Assembly: GCA_030264375.1 (NCBI GenBank)
Contig: JASCQW010000027.1
Location: 58,021,028 to 58,085,027 of the forward strand
Reading direction: 5' to 3'
DNA length: 64,000 nt
From: Carcharhinus longimanus
Taxonomy: Eukaryota
Each line of letters opens with the position of its first letter. Position 1 is the first letter of the stretch. The position numbers and the translations under genes are program-made. Of this stretch, positions 26,749 through 37,240 are shown one piece after another. The notes under the pieces are model-generated. The model saw only the letters and a list, made by a program, of their open reading frames with translations. It made no database searches and was not told where the DNA came from.

Positions 26749-28304
26749 TTCAGATTTGCCTTCTGCCCCATTCAAATAGCTGGCAGCTCTCTGGTCTCAG
26801 CAATGCCACTGGCAGCGATGGCCACTGCTGGGTCTCATTGCATAATACTTAATTTTATGCCCCCATCCATTTACCAACCTCTGTTGGGGAAGGGGGAGGA
26901 GGGGTATAAAATTCAGCCCATAGATCCAGGGCAGAATGGTGTGGACTGGAGGGCTACTTGCAAATGGTTGTGTTCCCATGTGTCTGCCACCTTTGTCCTT
27001 CTATGTAGCAAAGGTGAAATGTTTGGTAGGTGCTATTAAAGATGCCTGGCAAGTTTCTGCAATGCATCTTGTATACGGCATACACTGTTGTGCACTGGTG
27101 GTCATGGAAATAAATGTTTAAAGTGATGGATGAGATGCTGATCAAGTCGGCTGCTTTGTCCTAGTTGGTGCCAAGCTCCTTGAGTGTTATTGGAGATTTA
27201 CTCATCCAGGTAATTTGAGAGTATTCCATTACACTCCTCACTTGCGCCTTGTAAATAGTGGACAGATTTTGAGGAGTCAGGCAGTGAATGGCTTGTTGCA
27301 GAATGTCAACCTTCTGACTTTCTCCTCTGGTCACAGTACTGATATGGTTTGTCCAGTTTGTGGGCTATTGTAACTATCAGGATATTGATGCTGGGAGATT
27401 CAGCAATGGTAATGACATTGAAAGGCAGGGGGAGATAGTGTGATTCTCTTTTGTTGAAGAGAAAACTTTGTGAATTGCATTGCACACGGTGACAGCCACA
27501 TACAATGGTGTTATTTTCTACTTTTGAACGGCCCAATTAAGTTTGTTGTTCACAGTGGTTTCTTTGACAAACAATGTAATTATTATAGATGATATGGCCC
27601 AACTCAAAGGAAGGCTTAATCTTCTCAAGCGTTATTTTAAAAGCTGTCCGTTTTCAACAGGACTTTTAAGAAGTGAATCCTGGAAATCTGTTCCTAATTG
27701 TCTTGTGGAAATTAACCTTGGGCCACGTTTTAAACTACTTTCTCACCCAACACCAAGCTCCATCCATTGAAGCTGTGCCTGTTGGTTGGGAAAGCAACTA
27801 ATGAGTGGATGCCATACTAAATCTGAAACTACTGGGGTGCACAATTAGATTGATTTTACAAATTCATTTGTGTGTATGTAAGTTTGCTGGGCCTGGGGAA
27901 ACACTCTTACTCATTCTCACCTGCTAGCAATGCAGTCAAGGGGCACAACTCACTGATATAACTCTTCCTGCCTCCATGTATCTGTCGGCATTCCTGAGGC
28001 CCAGGAATCCGAGCATCCTTGGGTTAAAATGTTTCAAAAGTTATAAAGTGATAAGCACATCTCTTGAAAACAGATTTCTCCCCCTCCTGCCCTTGAACAC
28101 ATATCCATTAAAAACAGAAGCGGTCAGGTTAGAGGTGCGTTTAAGGATCATAACATTTTTATCGTTCCATTTGCCCCACGTCACCCATCTTTGAGAGTTA
28201 AAATACCCAATCCTCAAGATCAGTTTGGAAATCAAGTCACTTCAAACCTTTGGTTTCATAGGACGTGAGGTCTTTGCAGGAACTGTGACACTTTGAGAGG
28301 TGTG

Positions 28305-28407
28305 GGGCAGAATTTTCTGGGCATTAAATGGCTGCAGGACAGGGATCTGTCCCTCATTTGACTCCATGGATAGTGGGATGTAAACAGCCACCCATTAAAT
28401 TCTGCCC
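28305..28407. mobile_element. Short MITE with GGGCAGAATTT...AAATTCTGCCC terminal inverted repeats (Harbinger-like)
   Basis: Perfect 11-bp TIRs; related TIR-bounded elements at ~15170-15288, 38378-38515 and 41253-41378. Confidence 0.55.
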
Positions 28408-30052
28408 ATAGAGTTGAACTGTGGAATTGCATTTTATATGGGCGAAGGGAGCCAGGCTGCTAGCAGACCTGGAAGGCAAGTTGTCCAGAAACCGACACAC
28501 TCTGAATTAGCCAACCCCACAGTCATAATATGCTGCAGGTGAACTAAAATGGTTAAGTGGGAGTTCCACCTCTCAGTGGTAGGAAGTCTCACCCAATGGA
28601 GCTGCTGGCCAAACAGATTGTCCTGGCAGTGCCAGAGCTCAGCAGTAGACACTGCTGGAACTGCAAGAAGAAGCATGTAGAATATGGATGGCTGCCCCAG
28701 GAAGATAAATCTGAGGGTTCAGAGTGAGGGGGTTCAGAAAGGGAGGGATCCTGGAGCCCCCCAGGAAGAAAAGGCTGTGATCAGCGGGTGGGGGTGGCTT
28801 TTGGAGGGTAGGTGGGGTGGAAGGAAGAGGAGTTAAATCATGAAGGGGTGAGGAGGGGGATGGTTGTAAGAAGGGTGCCCCTTGCCCCATTTCATCCTAT
28901 TTTCATGTAGGTGACCATTGAAAGCAGCCTGCCCACTCCAGGCCAGCTGCCCATGCCAGCCATATTATATGCGAGTAATATATTCCCCAGGTCAATCGGC
29001 TTGCTGACATGCCTAATAGACCTTTTAATTATTTAATGACATATGGCAAGCTGGCTGCAGAGTTTAGCACCCATCCATCTAATATATTGTGAGGGGTCAG
29101 CTCAGGGGTGGGTAGAAAGGAAGTGGGCTACGCACACCACCCCGACTTGGTGGGGACATGTGCAATTCAGCCCATGGAGTTTGTGGAATATTTATCCATG
29201 GGTGAAATATTTACCAGGCATAAACTGGTGCTTGTAAACTGCAATTTTTATCCACCTGGTTGACTGTTCTTCTGCAAACAGTTAACAGTTAGAGGCACAG
29301 ATTAAGACTGCCAGGTTTTATGTTTACAACCAACTGTAGATAGATTGATTCATTACACTTGTTAAGAACAGAATGATAAACAGCCACCATTGAGATTGTA
29401 CATTGACCTTATTCTGAAATTGCTTGCTGAAAGGAACAACACCTATTGTTTGCCATTGTGAATGACTTATGTTTGTTCATTTATGCTTTAGTATTAGCTC
29501 TTACTTTGACAGAAGTACTACCTCATAACAATGTGAATTCACTCAGGCACAGACTAATGAGTTTGAGGACTATGACCACGGTGTATTATCTCTCCTTGTC
29601 CTTCTTGAGTTCTCAGTAGCCAGTGATGCAGTCAGTAAATCAATCCTCCAATGTCTCTTCTTTCCTGATGGGACTGCCCTCATGGTGCCATTCTTATCTC
29701 TACATTTCTGGCCAGAGCATCTCCAGCAATAGAATCCCTTTCTACAACCAGCTCCATTGTGTGCTGCCCCTTGGCACATGATCCCTAACACTGGGACCGT
29801 TTTCCATGTGTACACTGATACTCACTCCACTGCTCTGTTATCTTACTTAACTCTTTCATAGCCTTTGTGCTGCTGGTCTGTTAGTCTGAAATCCAGTTTT
29901 GGATAAGCTGTGGCTAAAAACGAAAAGCCAAAAGTCATTAATTTTGACCTCTGCAATAGATTTGGTTAGATTCACAACTGCCTTCTGTGGCCATTTCCTC
30001 AGAGTGAACTAAACCGCTCACACCCTACCTATTTGACCAGGGTGGCAAAGTA

Positions 30053-30330
30053 TGTTAGGAAGGTTTGCTGGGAGCTTCCCTCTGGTTCCATGTATTGAGC
30101 TGATCTCAGCTAATACAATGATTTGTGAAAGACAATATGAAGTTAAAGATGTTCTATATTTGACCAATATGCATTGGAAGAGAGACAGCTGGAGATTCCA
30201 ACTTCTCACTCACATTGCAATACATGTGTAAAACAGATGGATCTTTTCAAAGTTTCATTTTTCCTGCCCAATCTATCATCCCAACTGGATGATCAGTTAG
30301 ATTAGTACACATTATTTACCTTAGGCAATA
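30053..30330 (-). repeat. ERV 3' LTR remnant (partial U3-R-U5)
   Basis: On the minus strand: an ATTGG box, a TATA-like element, a purine-rich R hairpin, a degenerate poly(A) signal, and U5 ending ...CCTAACA at 30053. Homologous to 37241-37400. Confidence 0.65.
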
Positions 30331-30334
30331 GCAG

Positions 30335-31300
30335 TTTACCTTTTCTACCAAAGAGCCTAGCCAGCTTGTGAACCAACCACCTGGAGTAAATGGTTTGGGT
30401 TGCTTAAGTTTCTCCATCTCTTTTTTTTTAATGAGACCAGCCAGATTAGTTATGTTTTATGAATTATCTGGTGTGTGTGTGCAACACTCTGATTAAATCA
30501 CTGTCCATCCCTTTCAGCCAAGACATAATCCAACATGAATCAATGTTAAAGTGCCACTGTATACATGGCAATCATCTAGTCATGTACCTTAGTAAGGGCA
30601 GCGGCTGTATCATTGGCAACTTGTTCCAAAATGGAGTGTATAAGTATTGTTTCTCGCATCAACTTGGCTACTCCATATCGAGGGAACATTGTGCAAAGAA
30701 TTGTTCTGATTCTGAAATTGCTTGTTAATGTCTTGGTAAGGGAGGGATATTAAGAGTGATAGATAACATGATCCCTTCCATCCAATAGGGAGCCAAGGAT
30801 ATGCTGTATCCCCACAGATCCAATATGTACCATTGAGAGTTGGATAAGTGTTGCATCCTCCAAAGTAATAAGATATGTTACAAGACTGGTCATTACTGGG
30901 AGGGCTCAGGTATATCAAGCTGGTTTGGTTTGCTGTGTATTTACAGTCACTTTCACCTAAGTTTTTGCCAGAGCCTTCCATATTCCCTACACAATATGCT
31001 CCTTTTGGCTTTGGATTTGGCTGTGTTAAAATTAAACTAGGAGCTTGTTTCCTTAGGTTGCAGATAGGTGAGCACCGCTTCATATGGCCTACCCTTCCTG
31101 CACAAGACTTCTCTCTCATCTCTTTACTATTCAATCCTGGTAAATGGCATCACTGTGTCCATGATATTTGAAATCCTGACCTGTTTGGCCTGCCACTATC
31201 AATTCTGACCATTTCAGAGGTGATGGTTATAAAGGTATTTTCCCAGCGTGGATGGGGATATATGGGCAAACCCAACACTTATATATGATACACACAAATT
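30335..31300 (-). pseudogene. env: ERV env (gamma-type SU-TM), disrupted; membrane anchor missing
   Basis: SU CWVC at 31266-31277; NGTYWICGDTAYPWLPIGWKGSCYL; heptad ILEQVANDTAAALTKVHD; ISD VAL*H*FMLDYVLAERDG (~30504-30557); ECCTHTPDNS; GGWFTSWLG. Confidence 0.9.
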
Positions 31301-31484
31301 CTAGAATGTCTAAGTATTCACGCACATCTCCCAAGGGGAACGTTAAGGATCTCAGATGCTGGTCCTACCTGAGTCAAAGTCTGTGCATTCAATACTAAAA
31401 AAAAGTATTCCTCATGACAGCTTTTACAGTTTCCCCTTTTTCATAAAATAAAACCCTAACCGTTGGTCAATATCAAGTAAGTTT

Positions 31485-31494
31485 AAAAAAAAAA
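31485..31494 (-). terminator. Pol III oligo-T terminator of tRNA copy 1
   Basis: A10 on plus (T10 on minus) three bases after the discriminator A. Confidence 0.6.
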
Positions 31495-31497
31495 CAA

Positions 31498-31580
31498 TGC
31501 CAGGAGTGGGATTTGAACTCATGCCTCCAGAGGAGACTGTGGCCTTAATGTAGTGCCTTAAACCACCCAGCTATCCTGAC
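31498..31580 (-). tRNA. tRNA-Leu(AAG)-like gene or pseudogene, copy 1
   Basis: Minus strand GTCAGGATAGCTGGGTGGTTTAAGGCACTACATTAAGGCCACAGTCTCCTCTGGAGGCATGAGTTCAAATCCCACTCCTGGCA (83 nt, long variable arm, A/B boxes), followed by T10 (A-run at 31485-31494). Confidence 0.8.
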
Positions 31581-31599
31581 TGCCAGACAAGGCAAGGCA

Positions 31600-31682
31600 G
31601 TCAGGATGGCCAAGCAGTTTAAGGTGCAGCGTTAAGGCTGCAGTCTCCTCTGGAAGCTTGGGTTCCAATCCTACTCCTGGCA
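31600..31682 (+). tRNA. tRNA-Leu(AAG)-like gene or pseudogene, copy 2
   Basis: GTCAGGATGGCCAAGCAGTTTAAGGTGCAGCGTTAAGGCTGCAGTCTCCTCTGGAAGCTTGGGTTCCAATCCTACTCCTGGCA (83 nt), followed by T8 at 31687-31694. Confidence 0.8.
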
Positions 31683-31686
31683 TTGA

Positions 31687-31694
31687 TTTTTTTT
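31687..31694 (+). terminator. Pol III oligo-T terminator of tRNA copy 2
   Basis: T8 four bases after the discriminator A. Confidence 0.6.
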
Positions 31695-31853
31695 AAGTAA
31701 GTAAAACTTATTTACAGATTCGCGCATCAATCACGTTACACTCTGTTGTTACACTCTCTGCTACACGCTGTTGACTTGCTTTCAGCATTGGGAGTTGTCT
31801 GTGATGTCTTGTTTGATGTGGGAGCCTGGGACTTTTCACTGGCAAGTAATATT

Positions 31854-31895
31854 CTGTAACGATAAACAAAAAATGGCTTGCGGTCATGAAGTTAG
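31854..31895 (-). promoter_or_regulatory. Candidate viral subgenomic (env) splice acceptor
   Basis: Minus strand CTAAC branch point...TTTTTTGTTTATCGTTACAG, located between pol and env. Confidence 0.45.
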
Positions 31896-32109
31896 TATTT
31901 TACAATCTGAATTATTTCAACCTCCTCTCTTCTAATACCTTCTTGATTTTTCTTGTGCCATGATGTGGCCTAATCTGTGAGCTCGTTTGCAAATCCAAAT
32001 TGTCCCTATTATCACAAAGGCAACTAGAAAAGCCAGAATAACCCCCTCTTCTGTAGATTATTCATCCACTGGGGCAATTTCATTGTTACTGGATTACTCA
32101 GTAGGATAT

Positions 32110-35100
32110 GGGGAGGTTTCAGTGAGTTCAGTGTCACCATCGCAGACGGTACTTTCCATCAATCAGGGCACATGTTTGTCCTGTGACAGTCACGCTATAG
32201 ACCCCCTTCACCAAACCCCAACATTTGTCTGTCACGAGTTTCACCATTACCTTATTTCCTGGTGTAGCTAATTTAGGACTATTCTCCCCTGCCCATTTCA
32301 TCCAGTCTTTGTGCTGCTGCTGAGTGATTACCTGCTTTTTGAAAGAATGTAAATTATCTACTGAATCCTCATACATTGAAATACTGCTCTCGGCTAATTT
32401 CAAGTTTCCTTCCTCCTTTAATTGTCTCCTCTGAAAGGCGCATTGCTCTTCCTGTTATCAATTCAAAAGTGGTTAGTCCTGTTCCTCAAGCTGGAGTAGC
32501 TCTTTTTCACAGTAATATTGCAGACAAAGCCTGCACCCAATTGTTTCCCTTATCTAAAATAGCCTGAGTTAAATTATTCTTCAGTTTTTGGTTCATTCGT
32601 TCCACCATTCCCGAGCACCAAGGAAAATATGGTATATGAAATCTTTGTTTTATTCCTAACATTTGACAAACTTCTATTAAGATTCTTCCTGTGAAGTGGG
32701 TTCCCTGATCTGAGTCCAATTGAAGCAGCATTCGCCATCTAGATATTATCTCATTTGCCGATATCAAAGCTACAGTTTTTTGGCTGTGGCATCTTTACAT
32801 GGTAATGCTTCATCCCATCTGGTAAACTGATCTACAATTACCAAACAATATGTCTCTCCTTGCACCCAAGGTAACAGCCCTGTAAAATCCATTTGTAAAT
32901 TTTCCCAAGGTCCTTTAGGTCCTAACTGATTTCTCATTTTAATCTTGCAGGGACAACCTGGTTCCACTAGGGTGCACTACAGGCATATCTGACAAAACTT
33001 TGCCACATCTCTTCCCATTTGCTTCCACCACCAACATTCCCTTAACAGATTCAACATTTTGTCTCTGCCTGTATGTGCTAATTCATGGTACACTTTCAGC
33101 AGTGATTGTTGTATTACTCTGGGGCTGTTATTTTTCCTTCCCTTCTTCATTCACCATTCTGGCCTTTCTGCCCTCTGTATTTCTCCCACTTCTGCTTCTT
33201 CTCTCCTGATGCTTGTTCCTGTAACTGCTTCACATCAATGTTTGTACTCTCACTAGTTTGCAATGCTGCTAATCCTGTGGGTTGTTTCCATTCCCAATCT
33301 TGTTCTTTCACAACTTTATCGGCATAGCTTTTCCCTTTCTGTGCTTGACTTTCAATCTTATTATGAGCTTGTACTTTTATTACAGCTGCTTCTAAGGGAC
33401 TGCAGGTTGCTTGGATTAAATCTTTAATCAAACTTTCATGCTGTACATATCCCCCACAAGAAATTAAAAAACTTTGTCTGTTCCAAGTCATGTAGTCATG
33501 CATTACCCCAAAGGTGTACCTGCTGTCAGTATAAACATTAACTTGCTTCCCTTTGTTCCATTCTAAGGCTTTAGTTAAAGCTAACAACTCCACTACCTGT
33601 GCTGAATTATTTCTGGGGACTTGTTCTCCTGCAATCACTGTTATCTCACCATTTACCATCGCCCACGTAGTGCGGGGTTCTCCATCAACATATTTTCTTG
33701 CTTCATCTACGTATAGGTTAATTAACCCTTCTCCTGCAAATGGTTCTTCTGCTAAACCCTCATTTGCTTCCTCACTCACTTCTGCAACACATTCATGCTC
33801 TGTTCCCTGCACTCAGCCCTCCTGCAGGATTCTCCTTAACACCTGTGCTGATTTCTACATACCTATCCGCTAGCAGGACATTTGCTTCCCATTTTGAACA
33901 TCTCCCATTGGAAACTCCTTTCAGTCTCCCAGCTTCCAGAAGCTGGACAGTTGTGAGGGAGCTATGGAGGATTATGTTTCCCATCAGGGCGAGTGGCTTC
34001 AACAGACTTGCTCCCCACAAGACACATGCTAACACTCTCACACATAGATGCATACCTCTGGCAGCTGAATCTAATTGGGCAGAGTAATACCCCACTGGTC
34101 TTAATTTATCCCCATGCTGCTGAGTAACTACAGCGGCTCAGATCCCGTCACCTTTCTGTCAGAAAATGTGAAAAGGTTTTAGGTCTGGCAATCCCAAGGC
34201 TGAGGCTTTTGCCATTGCCTGTTTTAAATCTGAGAAAGCTTGTGCTTTCATCTCTCCCTATTCTATCTTTTCTTTGCTTGCCCTTCCTCCCTTTATCAAG
34301 TCCTGTAAGGGCTTCGCCAGTGCCGCATAATCCTTTACAAAATTTCTACAATAATTGAAAAGCCCCAGTACTTGCTTCATTCATTTTGCAGTTTGTGGTC
34401 TCTGCATATAAAAACCTGACTTTCTTTTGATCTGTGGAAATGTCTTTCTTACTCTGAGATATGATATGTCCCAAGTAAATCACTTCTTCCTGCCCTAATT
34501 GAGCCTTTTTCGTGTTAAACTTGAGCCCAGCTCTCTGAGTTGCCTGGATCACCCTGCGGAGGGCTAGGCAATGCAATACTGCAGTCGGAGGCTCTCAAAA
34601 CGTTGTTCACATACTATAGGATGGCTGTGTGCCTACGCATTCTAATAGATCAATTATTTGAGCCATATATTTATGAACTATGACCGACTATTGTGAATTC
34701 CTGAGGCAGTTGGGTCCAAGTAAACTGCTGGTTCCTGACTGTGAACACAAACTTATACTGGTGTTTCTTCACTACGGGAATCAACCAAAATCCAGTAGCT
34801 ATGTCTAGCACTGTGAATATTATCTGTTCTGACCCAATGTTATTCAGTATACTAGCTAGGTTGGCCACCATGGGGTGCTCTTGAGTCACGTAGCGGTTTA
34901 AGGTTGTATATTTGATGGTCAATCAATAACGGCCATTTGGTTTCTTAACTGGTCAAATTGGTGACTTAGTTTCAGAGGAAGTTTTAGTCACTATTTTTTG
35001 CTTTTCTAAGCCTGCAATAATGATTTTAACTGCCTCCATTGCTTCTGGTTTAATCGGGTACTGTTTAACAGGGGGATGAGCTCTCCTGGGAATCAAAGAA

Positions 35101-35767
35101 CAAAGAAAATTACGGCACAGGAACAGGTCCTTTGGCCCTCCAAGCCTGCTCCAATCGTGCTGCCTGACTGAACTAAAATTCCCTTCCCTCCTGGGGACCA
35201 CATCCCTCTGTTCCCATTCTATTCATGTATTTGTCAAGACGCCCCTTAAAAACCACTGAATCATTACTGGAAGAATGGCCAAATGCCTACTATCTTGCTT
35301 ATGCATAGCCCAAACCTGAGAGTACTGTAAAGCCAAATTTCCGCACACTGTTCCACGCTTCCAGTTAATTTGGAGAATTGCCATCTGAGAAATTGTACTT
35401 TCCCCCTTTCGACCCCACCGATTTCACTTGTCGAACTTGTGCCACTACTGTGGCATCAATTACAATTCCCAACTGTCCTAGCGCATCTATTCCCAAAATA
35501 CATCCTTGTCCTGTTAAACATATCCAAATCTGAACCAATTCCCCCCAACCCCCAATCTCTAATGTATTATGATCACCTTAATATTGCCATCTTGGTTCCC
35601 CCAGCTATTCCTACTAATTGTATAGTTTGGTGGGTGGTCCACAAGAGTAAATGCATTATGGATATGGTTGTCCCAGTATCTGCTAACATAGTACAATGAC
35701 AACCCCCTAATTTTGTATTTGCATTTATGTGAGGACCCCTCTCTGTAACCTCGAGACTTGCTAATTG
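32110..35767 (-). pseudogene. pol: ERV pro-pol (protease, RT, tether, RNase H, integrase), disrupted
   Basis: PR MLADTGTTIS (DTG at 35672-35680) and ILGIDAL; RT PPVKQYPI, FTVLDIATGFW, WTQLPQ, YVNN for YVDD (34602-34613); RNase H LYVD...SAQVVEL...VYTDSRY; IN LQMDF...VIVDQFTRW, DSDQGTHF, SGMVERMN; GPY/F-like C-terminus (32134-32403). Confidence 0.95.
35096..35257 (-). mobile_element. 5'-truncated CR1-type LINE tail inserted in the ERV RT, with GAATCA TSD
   Basis: A (CAAAGAA)n tail; GAATCA at 35090-35095 and 35258-35263. Removal restores LPVMIPRRAHPPVKQYPI. Confidence 0.75.
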
Positions 35768-37140
35768 TCATTTCTCTCTGAATAATGCCTGCAACAGCTG
35801 CTGTCATCTGGAATACTGTCTGTGATATCTGCTGTGCTGGTGTGGGTTCTTGGGGTGGAGCCTCAGAGGACTGCTTCACCCATCTGGGACTATGTTCTTC
35901 CTTCCCTTCTCCTTCAGCCAACAGTCCTTCATGTCATGACCATTCTTCTGACAATTCTGACACTGATTACTCTACATGTACTTACTTCAACCTTCTCTCG
36001 CAAAATACCCCTTCTTCCCACAGGCAAAGCATACTCCTTTACCTTTAAGCTGTGGCTGTGGGCTATCGATCTGTTATTTTTGGATTTTTTTAATGATTAG
36101 CTTCTGCTTTCATGGCACAATTTATAATTTCCTGATAATTGTTTCCTATCAGGACACCCGTTTCTATGATTCTAGAAATCATAGAATCCTCCTTTAAGTA
36201 GACCTAAAAACATGTCATTATCCCTGTCGGGGTCAGCTACTCTTCCATCTACTTATACCCTAAACTTTCTTTCCCCATATTCTTCTGCCAATTCTTTGGG
36301 TTCTTGTTTAACTAAGGTTATCTATGCCCAATTGGCACTTCCTCTATTGATTGCCCATCCAGTACCTCTTCTAAATCTTCATACTTTTGTTGATCATTTT
36401 GGTCTTCTGACAATATCCAGCTTCCCCTTTGTAACTCAGGGTAGCAAATGCCATCCAGCACAAGCTAACATTCCCTTCACTAATAACGTCACACGTCTAA
36501 AGTTAAATTATGAACTTCCTTTAACTCATCCATGTTTTCCCAAAAGGCTGAATTCTGATTTTGATGTAACGAATGTAATTTATTCATAAACATCTGCTTT
36601 TCTGCCATTGTTAGTGATAATTCTTGTGTAGTGACGGTGGGTTCCCTGTGTCCACTTCACAAACTCTTCCTACAGTTTGAATGAGGACCATGTTAGCAGA
36701 CAGAGTTCCTCATGAGGGGGGTTGGGATTATTTCCTATACTATTTCCTCTGATGAATTTCCCAAATCCACCCCCCTCATTTATGCCTTCTCCCATGGGGA
36801 AACTACTGCGGGACCTGATTGCCCCATCACCATCCTTCCCACAGGGGTATTTGTTGCTTCTTCCTGCGCTGCTTTTCCAATTGCCATTTGCTAATACTTT
36901 GCCAGCCTCTCGAGATGGTTTCTCATCATAGCGGCTAGTGTCACGGTTGCCATCTCTGCCTTATTTTTAGACTGGCCTCTCCACCATGCTTTTTGTTCCG
37001 GCACTGGAGTCTCCGGATTATATCTTTTTTTCTACCATTTTCTTTAGTATTTTTCCATACTCTGTCACTGTCTTGTGTATCAAACTATCGTCAGATCCCC
37101 ATCTTGGATTTTCCAAATCTGGATCGCTCATTGCCATCAT
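35768..37140 (-). pseudogene. gag: ERV gag, disrupted
   Basis: Starts MMAMSDPDLENPRWG; MHR-like ITLVKQEPKELAEEYGER; knuckles CFACGKKGYFAREG (35990-36031, degenerate) and CQNCQKNGHDMKDC (35921-35962); ends QLLQALFREK-TGA. Confidence 0.85.
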
Positions 37141-37240
37141 GCGGTCCTTCGCCTCACTAGCATTTCCAGTTTCACTCGCAAATCTCTCACTGGAGACCTC
37201 TCACCCCTTCTGTTTGAATTCCTCACTGGAAATTCCAAGA

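Noticed and set aside
34602-34613. YVDD to YVNN and several stops as APOBEC-type hypermutation
   Set aside because: Both C>T and G>A changes occur, many at CpG, which fits ordinary neutral decay.
36640-36660. Apparent VDTG protease motif on the minus strand
   Set aside because: It lies upstream of the MHR and zinc knuckles, inside gag; the real protease DTG is at 35672-35680.
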